From: Gemmatimonadota bacterium
GTDB lineage: Bacteria > Gemmatimonadota > Gemmatimonadetes > Gemmatimonadales > Gemmatimonadaceae
NCBI GenBank assembly: GCA_040389905.1
Contig: JAZJZK010000023.1
Location: 32,001 to 96,000, forward strand
Direction: 5' to 3'
DNA: 64,000 nucleotides
The notes beneath the pieces were generated by a model. It did not search any database. It was given only the letters and a program-made list of their open reading frames with translations, and was not told the DNA's origin. Below, one piece after another: positions 27,160 through 36,250 of the stretch (its first letter is position 1; every line of letters begins with the position of its first letter). Both the position numbers and the translations under genes were made by a program.

Positions 27160-29088
27160 TCAGAATTCGATCTGCGCTCCCAACTCCACGACTCGATTCG
27201 GCGGAATCTGGAAGAACTCCGTTGCCGAACGCGCGTTTCGTGAGAGCAGCGCAAAGAGGCCCTTTCGCCAACGCGACATCTTCGCCGTGCCGGTGAGGAC
27301 GAGTCGTTCGCGGCCGAGGAAATAGGATGTGTCCATCTTCGGGATCGGAACGCCTTGCGCCGCGGCCATCGCGAGGACCTCAGGAATGTTCGGCGACTCC
27401 ATGAAGCCGAAGCTCGCAACGATCCGATAGAAGCCCTCACCCATTTTCTCGAGCGTCAAGCGCCGATCGGCGCTCACCTCCGGTATGCCGCGCGTCTGGA
27501 CGCTCAACAGGACGACGGTCTCGTGCAACATCTTGTTGTGTTTCAAGTGATGTAGCAAGACGACGGGCACACCGTCCGGAGAGGATGTCATGAACACGGC
27601 GGTTCCGCGTACGCGCATCGGAGGCTTCGACTTGATGCTCGTGAGGAAGGTGTCCAGCGGCAGCGCGTTACGCTCCTGAATCTCGCTCAGTTGCAACCGC
27701 CCGCGCTTCCACGTGCTCATCAAGGTATAGACGACCATCGCCATCGCGATGGGGACCCAGCCGCCGTGTTCGATCTTCACGATGTTCGCGACGAGAAAGG
27801 AGAGGTCGATCGCAAGAAAAGCGACTGTCAGTCCCAAGACGTGTGGGAGGGACCACTGCCACCGTGTTCTCGCGATCACCGCGAACAGGATCGTCGTAAT
27901 GGCCATCGTTCCCGTGACCGCGATGCCGTAGGCGGCGCTCAAATTGCTCGAGTTCCTGAATCCGAGCACAAGAAGGAGGCAGCCCACCATGAGCGCCTTG
28001 TTGACCTCCGGAATGTAGATCTGTCCCGCTTCGTGCTCCGAGGTGTGAATGATCTGCATGCGCGGCGAATACCCGAGCTGCACACTCTGCTGTGTGAGCG
28101 AGAATGCACCGGAGATCAGTGCTTGCGACGCGACGACCGCCGCAAGCGTCGCGATGATAAGAAGCGGCCATTGGAACGCCGATGGCGCCAGTAGGTAAAA
28201 CGGGTTGCTGGCCGCGGTTGGATCGCGAAGCAGCAGGGCACCCTGGCCGAAATAGTTGAGGAGCAACGCCGGAAAGACCGCCATGAACCACGCGAGGCGA
28301 ATGGGCCGCTTCCCGAAGTGACCCATATCCGCGTACAACGCTTCGCCCCCTGTGACGCACAGCACGACAGCGCCAAGGGTAAGGAAGCCCGCGAGACCGT
28401 GCTCACGGAAGAACACGACCGCATGCCACGGATTGGCTGCGGCGAGCACCTCGTGCGTTGCCGCTACACTGCGGACACCGAGTACCGAAATCGTCACGAA
28501 CCAGACGAGCATGATCGGACCAAATGCCGTGCCGACTCGCGCCGTCCCGAATCGTTGCACCATGAACAACAAGAAAATGATCGCCAGGCTGATCCACATG
28601 ACGAACGGCGCGAGCGCCGGGGTGTTGACTTCGAGCCCTTCGACGGCACCGAGGACCGAGATCGCCGGCGTGATGACGCCGTCACCGTACAAGAGCGCCG
28701 CGCCGAAAAGGCCCAGCGCGACGAGGGCGAGACGGCGCTGCTTGTCATCCTCCCGGCGTTTCTGCTGCAACAGCAGGGCGAGCAGGGCGAGAATCCCGCC
28801 CTCGCCACGATTGTCGGCGCGCAGAATGAAGACGATGTACTTGATGCTGACGACGAGTACTAATGACCAGAGGATGAGGGACAACACACCCAGAATGTTC
28901 TGGGGAGTTGGTGTGATCCCATATTCACTCTTGAAGCATTCGCGAAGCGCGTACAGAGGGCTCGTGCCGATGTCGCCATAGACAACGCCGAGTGCGGTGA
29001 GAGAGAGCAGTGCGAGGCGCTTTCCCGTAGGGGCTTCACGGTCCGGCACCTCGTGGACTGATGTATAGGCAGAAGTCTGGGACGACAT
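27160..29088 (-). CDS. kup: KUP/HAK/KT potassium transporter (copy 2)
   Basis: LGVVYGDIGTSPLYA, ADNRGEGG, GGEALYADMGHFG, NRVVELGAQIEF. Confidence 0.97.
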   Translation of the reverse strand: MSSQTSAYTSVHEVPDREAPTGKRLALLSLTALGVVYGDIGTSPLYALRECFKSEYGITPTPQNILGVLSLILWSLVLVVSIKYIVFILRADNRGEGGILALLALLLQQKRREDDKQRRLALVALGLFGAALLYGDGVITPAISVLGAVEGLEVNTPALAPFVMWISLAIIFLLFMVQRFGTARVGTAFGPIMLVWFVTISVLGVRSVAATHEVLAAANPWHAVVFFREHGLAGFLTLGAVVLCVTGGEALYADMGHFGKRPIRLAWFMAVFPALLLNYFGQGALLLRDPTAASNPFYLLAPSAFQWPLLIIATLAAVVASQALISGAFSLTQQSVQLGYSPRMQIIHTSEHEAGQIYIPEVNKALMVGCLLLVLGFRNSSNLSAAYGIAVTGTMAITTILFAVIARTRWQWSLPHVLGLTVAFLAIDLSFLVANIVKIEHGGWVPIAMAMVVYTLMSTWKRGRLQLSEIQERNALPLDTFLTSIKSKPPMRVRGTAVFMTSSPDGVPVVLLHHLKHNKMLHETVVLLSVQTRGIPEVSADRRLTLEKMGEGFYRIVASFGFMESPNIPEVLAMAAAQGVPIPKMDTSYFLGRERLVLTGTAKMSRWRKGLFALLSRNARSATEFFQIPPNRVVELGAQIEF

Positions 29089-29137
29089 GGTTCCGTTGGC
29101 ATTCCTGCGTCGCCGCCCCCTCGTGGGAACAGCGGAA

Positions 29138-29161
29138 GCCGGAGACGCATGCGCCTCCGGC
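29138..29161 (-). terminator. Strong hairpin between padR and kup2 (probable terminator or attenuator)
   Basis: Minus strand GCCGGAGGCGCATGCGTCTCCGGC, followed by only a weak U tract (TTCCGCTGTT). Confidence 0.5.
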
Positions 29162-29225
29162 CTGATATGAACATATCCGCAGGACGACGCTACGGCAGCG
29201 TTTACGCCGTCCGAGCGCCCACCGG

Positions 29226-29837
29226 CTACTTCGCGGCCGTCTTCGCGATCGCCTCGATTTCCTTTGCCGCCCGGTCCAGGACCTCAACGATCCGCTTCAG
29301 GAACTCCGCGTCGTGGACGGCGTCGGTAGCTCGGCTGTAGGTCGCCTTGCCGACCCGCCGAAATGCGCCGTGGACTTCCGCCATGGGCTCGTCGAGGAAG
29401 TGGCCAACGAGCGTCGCGATCCGGTCGAAGATGTTGTCGACCGTCTCGCGGTTCTCGGCAAGATGAGCCCGTCCTTCGTCCGTGATCTCGTAGACCTTCT
29501 TCCCTTCGGGGCCTGGGACAACCTTGGCGTATCCGAGGTCTTCGAGGAGTTGAAGAGTCGGGTAGACGGTGCCCGGGCTGGGCGCGTAGGCGCCGCCGAA
29601 CCGTTCCTCGAGGGCCTTGATGATCTCGTAGCCGTGGCGGGGCTTCTCCTCGAGGAGTCGCAGGACCACGTAGCGGAGGTCTCCCTGCTCGAACATTCGT
29701 CCGCCGCGCCAGCGTCCCCGAGGGCGCCCTTCGGAGCCGAAGAAGCCGTTCATGAAGCTCGCGTCCCATCCCCACTTTTCGCGGTGCATGTGCGGGGCGC
29801 CGGGGCGCGCGTCCCAACCGCAGAACCAGTCACGCAT
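29226..29837 (-). CDS. PadR family transcriptional regulator (YqjI-like)
   Basis: GRMFEQGDLRYVVLRLLEEKPRHGYEIIKALEERFGGAYAPSPGTVYPTLQLLED, KKVYEITDEG. Confidence 0.93.
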   Translation of the reverse strand: MRDWFCGWDARPGAPHMHREKWGWDASFMNGFFGSEGRPRGRWRGGRMFEQGDLRYVVLRLLEEKPRHGYEIIKALEERFGGAYAPSPGTVYPTLQLLEDLGYAKVVPGPEGKKVYEITDEGRAHLAENRETVDNIFDRIATLVGHFLDEPMAEVHGAFRRVGKATYSRATDAVHDAEFLKRIVEVLDRAAKEIEAIAKTAAK

Positions 29838-29859
29838 GTGAGTCCTCCGCTCGGTCGAG

Positions 29860-29907
29860 CGATATATCGTTAGGCGGAAGATATATCGTGCGATATATCG
29901 GAGTCAA
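29860..29907 (-). promoter_or_regulatory. Triple GATATATCG palindromic operator overlapping the padR promoter
   Basis: CGATATATCG at 29860-29869 and 29891-29900, AGATATATCG at 29879-29888. Minus-strand TTGACT at 29907-29902. Confidence 0.75.
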
Positions 29908-29945
29908 TAGGGTGGTGCGTGGCCATCTGCTTCACCAACAGCACG

Positions 29946-30043
29946 TACGTACTCTGAGATACGTAGTCTGAGATACGCAGTACGTATCAAATAATACGTA
30001 ACTAATAGTACGTAGTTGATAGTACGTGCTTAATAGTACGTAG
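29946..30043. repeat. AT-rich array of 14 in-register heptamers with recurring TACGTA cores
   Basis: tacgtac tctgaga tacgtag tctgaga tacgcag tacgtat caaataa tacgtaa ctaatag tacgtag ttgatag tacgtgc ttaatag tacgtag. Confidence 0.85.
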
Positions 30044-30152
30044 TCACCCACTTGCTGTTTCGCCCTCCGGGCGGCTGTGCCCTGTCCCGTGTTCAGAGGT
30101 GCCATACATTAACAGAACATGAATACCAGACCTCCTACCCTGGTTTCTCCCA

Positions 30153-32297
30153 ATGAGAAAAACCCGCCCCATCACCTGGGCGGCCGCTGTTGCGCTCACC
30201 ACGCAATCCGCGTCCGCGCAGGTCACGACCGCGCGTGATACCGCCGCCCTCCCCACCGTCACGGTCACCAGCACGCGCGCTCCGGCGTCGATCCTCACCA
30301 CGCCGCTCGCGATTACCAAAATCACCGCCGCCGAACTCCGCAGCGTCAACGGCTACGGCCTCGAAGACGCACTATCCAAGGTTCCGGGTGTCATCGCGCA
30401 ATCACGTTACGGCACGAGCGACGTCCGGCTGATCATCCGTGGCTTCGGCGCACGTGGCGCCGGTGATCGCTCCAACGCCGGAACATCCCGCGGCGTCCGC
30501 GTCCTCCTCGATGGATTCCCCGAGACCGAGCCGGATGGACGCACCGCGTTCGACCAGATCGACCTTGCCGCAGCGCAGTCGGTCGAAGTCGTGCGCAGCA
30601 ATGCCTCTTCCGTATGGGGCAACGCGGCAGGTGGTGTCGTCAACGTCCTCACCATGCCGACGTCGACGACGTCCATCATCGACGCGCAGCCGATCTTTGG
30701 TGGATACGGCCTCGCGCGCTACGCGGTCCGTGCATCGGCGCCGCTCGGCAACGGCACCGCATGGCTGGCGTTTACCAACTCGACCTTCGACGGCTACCGC
30801 AAGCACTCGGACGCGCGTCGAACCATGCTCAATGCCGGCGTCTCGGGCATGATCAGCGACCACACCAAGCTCGGCATCTTTCTCTCGGCCGCGAACAACC
30901 TGATGCGCATTCCCGGCCCGTTGACGCAGGCGCAGTTCGATGCGGATCCGATGCAGGCGAATGCGACGTACGTATCGCGCGACGAACGGCGCTACAACAA
31001 GCTCGGCCGTCTCGGCGTGTCCGTCGACCACGCCCTGGACACGACGATGTCGATTTCCTCGGCGATCTACGTGAATCCGAAGTATCTCCAGCGCTCCGAG
31101 CGCGGCACGTACCGCGACTTCACGCGCATCCACTTCGGCGGAAACGCGATCGGGCACAAATCCTTCATGTCCGGTGACGTGCGTAATCACGTGACCGCGG
31201 GCGTGGATCAGGCGTACCAGGACGGCGCCATTCTCTTCTATACGTTGTCGGCGACGAATGACCGCGGCACCACGCTCAGCGACAACAAGGGCGAAGGCGC
31301 GATGAACCTGGGCTTCTTCGTGCAGGACGAAGTCGCCGTCAACGACCGGTTCTCACTGCTGCTCGGCGCGCGTCACGATCGCGTTTCATACTACTACAAG
31401 AGCTTCCTGCCCACTGCTGTCGTTCGCTCCGATGCACGGAATTTCAGCCGCGTGTCCCCGAAACTTGGCGTGAACCTCCGCGTGGGAACGTCGAGCAGCA
31501 TCTACGCGAATGTCGGTGGCGGCGTCGAGGCACCGGCCGGCAACGAAACAGATCCGACGCCCGGTACTCCGACGCCGACGCCGCTGCTCAACCCGCTGCT
31601 CGACGCGATCAACTCGGTGACCTACGAGGTGGGGTACAAAACACTCGGCCGGTCGATGGGCGCGGCCACGATGAACGCCGACGTTGCCGTCTACGACACC
31701 GAGGTGCAAAACGAGATCGTGCCGTACAACGGCGGGCGCTACTACCAGACGGCAGCCAAAGCACGCCGCCAGGGTGCTGAGCTCGGGGTGAGCATGCAGA
31801 ACACATTTGGCGTTTTTGCCAACTATGCGTTGACCCTTTCGAACAACAAGTACTCGTCGTACGTCATCGATTCGGCGGTCCAGTTTCCGACAGATCCGAC
31901 GAAGGCCGGCAAGCGTGCCGACTACAGCGGCAACAAGGTCGTGGGCGTCCCCGGCTACACGAGCAACATCGAGTTGGGTGCGGAGTTGCCCCGATACCGC
32001 GCCACCCGGCTCAAGGTCGCGCTCGAAAGCTCTGGCTCGTACTTCGTCGATGATGCGAACAGAGTAAAGGTTCCGGCATTCTCGATCGTGAATCTCACGG
32101 CGGAACTGCGCGATCCGATCGTGTCGTCGAACGGGTTCGGCGTCCGTGGTTTCCTCACCGTCCACAACGTGGCGGACACGAAGTATGCGGGGTCGGCGTT
32201 CCTCAATCCGGATCTCGTCGGCACAGCGCCAGCGTACTACGAGCCCGGTATGCCGAGGACGTTCATCGTGTCGTTGTCGGTTGGGAGGTTGCGTTAG
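30153..32297 (+). CDS. TonB-dependent receptor
   Basis: Signal peptide, TonB-box-like TVTVTSTR, plug (IRGFG...GVRVLLDGFP...VEVVR...GNAAGGVVN), C-terminal YYEPGMPRTF. Confidence 0.92.
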   Translation: MRKTRPITWAAAVALTTQSASAQVTTARDTAALPTVTVTSTRAPASILTTPLAITKITAAELRSVNGYGLEDALSKVPGVIAQSRYGTSDVRLIIRGFGARGAGDRSNAGTSRGVRVLLDGFPETEPDGRTAFDQIDLAAAQSVEVVRSNASSVWGNAAGGVVNVLTMPTSTTSIIDAQPIFGGYGLARYAVRASAPLGNGTAWLAFTNSTFDGYRKHSDARRTMLNAGVSGMISDHTKLGIFLSAANNLMRIPGPLTQAQFDADPMQANATYVSRDERRYNKLGRLGVSVDHALDTTMSISSAIYVNPKYLQRSERGTYRDFTRIHFGGNAIGHKSFMSGDVRNHVTAGVDQAYQDGAILFYTLSATNDRGTTLSDNKGEGAMNLGFFVQDEVAVNDRFSLLLGARHDRVSYYYKSFLPTAVVRSDARNFSRVSPKLGVNLRVGTSSSIYANVGGGVEAPAGNETDPTPGTPTPTPLLNPLLDAINSVTYEVGYKTLGRSMGAATMNADVAVYDTEVQNEIVPYNGGRYYQTAAKARRQGAELGVSMQNTFGVFANYALTLSNNKYSSYVIDSAVQFPTDPTKAGKRADYSGNKVVGVPGYTSNIELGAELPRYRATRLKVALESSGSYFVDDANRVKVPAFSIVNLTAELRDPIVSSNGFGVRGFLTVHNVADTKYAGSAFLNPDLVGTAPAYYEPGMPRTFIVSLSVGRLR

Positions 32298-32343
32298 GAA
32301 GCTCCGCGCGCGCGACACTTGGAAAGAGCTGAACCGCAACTGA

Positions 32344-32497
32344 TTTCACCGCAGAGGGAGCAGAGAAACGCAGAGGAAAAGCGTACCAGCAGGTGCAGAC
32401 CCCTCGACTCGCGTTGCGAAGCGAAGGGCCTGCACCTTCCGAAGTTCCTTTCGCAGTCCTCCGCGTGCCTCTGCTCGTCTGCGACCTCTGCGGTAAA
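32344..32497. repeat. Composite repeat: family B arms enclosing a family A hairpin
   Basis: tttcaccgcagagggagcagagaaacgcagagga ... aggtgcagacccctcg...cgaagggcctgcacct (32391-32437) ... ctccgcgtgcctctgctcgtctgcgacctctgcggtaaa. Confidence 0.8.
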
Positions 32498-32633
32498 TGC
32501 GACCCGAGGTTTCGTCCGTGACGACAGCAGACGCCGGTTACAACGGTCTCGACCGCGGCGACAGAACGGCACATCGATTGCCTTGTCTCCTACCAAGCGA
32601 AAGACGACTGAACCTCGCATGGAGGATAGACGC

Positions 32634-32834
32634 ATGGCCAAGGATCTCGGCACGGATGGGTTCGAAAACCAGGTAAAGGGCGCTGCGAAGGAAGTTGAGG
32701 GCAAGGTTCGCAAGAACGTCGGCGACATGACCGACAACCACAGCGAAGAGCTCAAGGGCAAGGCGAAGGAGATGGAGGGCAAGGCCCAGCGCAAGATCGG
32801 CGAAGCCGAGTCGGATCTCGATCGCAATACCTGA
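32634..32834 (+). CDS. CsbD family stress protein
   Basis: NQVKGAAKEVEGKVRKNVGDMTDN...KGKAKEMEGKAQRKIGE, with RBS ggagga upstream of ATG 32634. Confidence 0.88.
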   Translation: MAKDLGTDGFENQVKGAAKEVEGKVRKNVGDMTDNHSEELKGKAKEMEGKAQRKIGEAESDLDRNT

Positions 32835-32852
32835 CCTCGAGTCTCGCGAATG

Positions 32853-32890
32853 TGAACGGGAGTGCCGGCGGCAACCGGCGCTCCCGTTCA
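32853..32890 (+). terminator. Intrinsic terminator-like hairpin after the csbD-like gene
   Basis: tgaacgggagtgccgg-cggcaa-ccggcgctcccgttca followed by tcgttt. Confidence 0.7.
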
Positions 32891-33026
32891 TCGTTTCGTA
32901 ATCCGGCGATCACAAAGACATCACGGGACGAAGAGCCAAGGTTAATCGCCGCATCACGAGCGCCTTAGGTCCGCGGCGTATTGTCGTTGAGGAAGCACGC
33001 TCACGACACCGAACGCGGAGGAAGTC

Positions 33027-33737
33027 ATGTTCACGACACTGTTGGAATCACGCGCTGTGCGCACGCGCCGGACCGGTAGTACCACCGTCAGCGCACTCTT
33101 GCACGGCGCGCTCATTGCCGGTGCGGTCGCGCTGACGCTGCCGAGCCAAGGCGACGCCTACATCGAGGATCTCACGCCGCGCGACACGATCATCTACGTA
33201 CCGGTATCGCGCCCGGTGACGAGCAATCCAGCGCCGAGCGTGCACTCCACCACAACCGTGTTCAACCCGGCTCCCGCTCCCGCGTTGCCCGTGATATCGA
33301 TCAACCTCACGGAACACACGCTTCCTCCCGTGGATATGCCGCTCGCGCCACCAATTCCCAACGGCGAATTCACGGGCCAGGGAGTTGGTAGTTCGAGCAG
33401 CCACGACGCGGGAGGCGCGTCAATTGGAACCGGTGGCGAGGCCATCGACGTCAACTACGTCGAGCGCATTCCGCGCGTGCTCGGCAATCCACCCGTGCCG
33501 CGCTATCCCGGCGCGCTCCGTCAGAGTGGGGTGTCCGGCCAGGTCGTCGTCCGCTTCGTGATCGACACGCTGGGACGCGCAGAACTGGGTGGCGTGACGA
33601 TTCAGGAGAGCTCGCATCCGCTGTTCTCGGAAGCCGTACGCAATGTGCTACTTCAATATCGCTTCGCGCCGGGAGAAGTCGGCGGCCGAAAGGTGCGCAC
33701 GATGGTGCAGCAGCCATTCACCTTCACACTCAAATAG
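33027..33737 (+). CDS. tonB: Energy transducer TonB family protein
   Basis: N-terminal anchor SALLHGAL, Pro-rich linker, C-terminal PRYP..LRQSGVSGQVVVRFVIDTLGR. Confidence 0.88.
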   Translation: MFTTLLESRAVRTRRTGSTTVSALLHGALIAGAVALTLPSQGDAYIEDLTPRDTIIYVPVSRPVTSNPAPSVHSTTTVFNPAPAPALPVISINLTEHTLPPVDMPLAPPIPNGEFTGQGVGSSSSHDAGGASIGTGGEAIDVNYVERIPRVLGNPPVPRYPGALRQSGVSGQVVVRFVIDTLGRAELGGVTIQESSHPLFSEAVRNVLLQYRFAPGEVGGRKVRTMVQQPFTFTLK

Positions 33738-33750
33738 AGAATCCGGCAGT

Positions 33751-33827
33751 TTCCGTCCTGATCCGGTGAATCCGTTCCTCAATCAGTAAACAAGTGTGAG
33801 GAACGGATTGACCAGATGCGACGGAAC
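33751..33827. repeat. Family C (CGGATT/AATCCG, 9-10 bp periodic) inverted repeat between convergent genes
   Basis: ttccgtcctgatccggtgaatccgttcctca (33751-33781) versus tgaggaacggattgaccagatgcgacggaa (33797-33826). Confidence 0.78.
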
Positions 33828-33839
33828 AAGCCCGATCGT

Positions 33840-35354
33840 CTACTTCAATAGGGATGTATTGCCGACGAACGCAATCCGCTTCCCGTCCGGCGACCACGAC
33901 GGCACGTTGATCGTCCCCTGACCGCCGTAGAGATAGGCCAACACCTTGGCTTTGCCGCCCTCAGCGGGAATCAGCTTGATGTACACGTGCTTGTAAAACG
34001 GGTGATCGCCGGCCGGTATGTCCTTCGGGAACGCGATATAAACGATCCACTTTCCGTCAGGAGAGAAGTGCGGGAACCAGTTGTTGTAGTCGTCGTGCGT
34101 GATCTGCTCCTGCTGGCTGCCGTCCGGCTTCATGCGCCAGATCTGCATGCGCCCGGTTCGTGCCGAATTGAAGTAGATGTACTGCCCATCGGGTGAGTAT
34201 TCCGGACCATCGTCAACACCCTTCGTATTGGTGAGCTTCTCATCGTCGCCGCCCGCGCTCGAGACGCGATAGATGTCGAACTCTCCGTCACGCAAGCCGG
34301 CGAATACCATCCATTTCGCATCGGGCGACCATCCGTGGAGGTACGACGGCCCTCGCTTCGTGACGCGCTTCGGTGTGCCGCCCTCGAGTGGGACGGTGTA
34401 GATGTTCGACCGTCCGCTGTCATCTGCCGCGCCATGACTGATGCCGAGCATCTTGCCGTCGAACGATAGGACGTGATCGTTGTTGTTGCGGTTCGCGAAC
34501 GCGGTGTTCAGCACCGACGGCGTACGCGTCGCGAGATTGAAGCGATAGATCAGGCCGTCCTGGCTGTACAACAACTCCTTGCCGTCGAGCGTCCAGTTGG
34601 GCGCCTGAAGCGATCCCGGAATCTCGTGCAGGATCATCCGGTCGCCCGTCGCGACGTCCATCGTCTCCAGATGGCTGCCGATGTACTCGCGGTACGGAAC
34701 AAAATCCTTCCTCGCCGGAATTGTGATGCGCACGTTGTCGAATGTCGCGCGCTCCGTGACTGCGTCATCGTGCGAGCAGATGTACATCCCGACGTACACT
34801 TCGTCGGGCAGCGTGACGTCATTCAGCTCATTGCTCACCAGTGTATCGCCGTACCGCGACACCGACATGATGTACTTGCCGTCGCGCCGCTCGAGCTGAA
34901 CGATGTGCTGGCCCATGCGATCGGGGAGGCTGTCGGTGACGCGCTGCTCCGACGGCCCACCGACGGTGCGTCGCGTCTGCAGTGACGCCATGCCATTGCC
35001 GTGCATCGCCGCGGTCACGTGGGTCGAGTTGGTTTCCAACGTGGGGCGAATGCTCCAGCCCACTTTCCGGTGCTCGTTCCCACCGGCGGTTGCGAACTGC
35101 GTCCGCATCGTGAGAATGAAGTTGCCTGTCATCTTCCGATACACGAAATGGAAGTCATCGTGATCAGCCCACATGTTCTGACCCGCCCCTTCGATCGTGT
35201 AGCGCTGCGTTGCGACGTCATACGTCGCCGTACCGGGGCGGCTCGTCTTGCCCACGTCCACCTGGGATTCGAAGACGCCGAGCGGAAGCTGTTGGGCGAG
35301 CACTGGAGTGGATGAGAAGGCGAGAGTGGTGGCAACGACGAGGCGAGCATTCAT
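33840..35354 (-). CDS. TolB-like PD40 beta-propeller protein with an N-terminal beta-sandwich (lectin-like) domain
   Basis: Signal peptide. Repeats QAPNWTLDG, HGWSPDAK, GPEYSPDGQ, FPHFSPDGK, VPSWSPDGK. Confidence 0.85.
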   Translation of the reverse strand: MNARLVVATTLAFSSTPVLAQQLPLGVFESQVDVGKTSRPGTATYDVATQRYTIEGAGQNMWADHDDFHFVYRKMTGNFILTMRTQFATAGGNEHRKVGWSIRPTLETNSTHVTAAMHGNGMASLQTRRTVGGPSEQRVTDSLPDRMGQHIVQLERRDGKYIMSVSRYGDTLVSNELNDVTLPDEVYVGMYICSHDDAVTERATFDNVRITIPARKDFVPYREYIGSHLETMDVATGDRMILHEIPGSLQAPNWTLDGKELLYSQDGLIYRFNLATRTPSVLNTAFANRNNNDHVLSFDGKMLGISHGAADDSGRSNIYTVPLEGGTPKRVTKRGPSYLHGWSPDAKWMVFAGLRDGEFDIYRVSSAGGDDEKLTNTKGVDDGPEYSPDGQYIYFNSARTGRMQIWRMKPDGSQQEQITHDDYNNWFPHFSPDGKWIVYIAFPKDIPAGDHPFYKHVYIKLIPAEGGKAKVLAYLYGGQGTINVPSWSPDGKRIAFVGNTSLLK

Positions 35355-36250
35355 CGGAAGCGATACCCGAGGGTCTCGAGGTGAGTTTTGCTGAGGCGTG
35401 CGGTTTCGAGCGGAGCCGTGGCTTGCGAGCCGGACGAGGGATTGAGCTCGACCATCAACATCAAGTCATTCGGCGCCGTTTCGAGAAGATTCACGACGCC
35501 AGCGATATCGACGCGCCCGTGGCCGAGTGGACAGTAGCCGTCGTTCGTCGCACCACCGTTGTAGTCCTTGAGGTGCGCGTGCCGAATGAGGGGAAGAAAG
35601 TCGCGAATGATCGGCAGTGGGTCGGCACCGCCGGCCATCAGTTCGCCGACATCCGGGGCGAGCTTCACGATGGAGGTATCCACCGCCTCCATGACGGCGT
35701 ACACGTCATCGCGTGTCTCGATGCAACTGCCGGAATGCGGATGGAGCGCCCCGATCACGCCGGTATCGGCGAGCGCTCGACCGATGTCATTCAGTGTTGC
35801 AACGATTTGCGTTTGATTCGCGCGCATGTCGAACGTCGAGCGCGTGACGTTGTTCGGGCCAATAACGGCAACGGAACCACCAGCGGCGCGGATCAACTTG
35901 CCCCACCGCGTGGCCGCAGCGAGTGTCGCGGCGCGCTTCGCGCTGTCAGTCAACTCGAACGGACAATAGGCCGATCGCAGTGGAAGATTCGCCTGCTCCA
36001 GCAGGCGCTTGAGCCCTCCGCGCTGATCCCAGTATTCCAGCACGCTCCCGAACGATTCGAACGCGTGATAGCCGAGCGAGCCAACATCCGCGATCGCGCG
36101 CTCGGCGTTGGCGGGCGCGTAGCCCCACGTGATGCCGGTGTGACCAACGAGCAACTTGCGCGCTGGCGGCGACGCGACTCCGGCGCGCGCGCACGCCAGC
36201 CCGCCGGCGACGACGCCGAGAAAATCGCGGCGCGAGAGTGACCTGTTCAC
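35351..36250 (-). CDS. Sugar phosphate isomerase/epimerase (AP endonuclease 2 TIM barrel, IolE-like), Tat-exported
   Basis: GTG 36250 overlaps the upstream stop. SRRDFLG signal, LHPHSG..IET, HAHLKD, LGHGRVD, MVELN. Confidence 0.82.
   Translation of the reverse strand: MNRSLSRRDFLGVVAGGLACARAGVASPPARKLLVGHTGITWGYAPANAERAIADVGSLGYHAFESFGSVLEYWDQRGGLKRLLEQANLPLRSAYCPFELTDSAKRAATLAAATRWGKLIRAAGGSVAVIGPNNVTRSTFDMRANQTQIVATLNDIGRALADTGVIGALHPHSGSCIETRDDVYAVMEAVDTSIVKLAPDVGELMAGGADPLPIIRDFLPLIRHAHLKDYNGGATNDGYCPLGHGRVDIAGVVNLLETAPNDLMLMVELNPSSGSQATAPLETARLSKTHLETLGYRFR

Noticed and set aside
29946..30043. Possible CRISPR or mini-CRISPR array
   Set aside because: Units are 7 bp, with no 23-50 bp constant repeat, no unique spacers of CRISPR length and no cas genes in the window.
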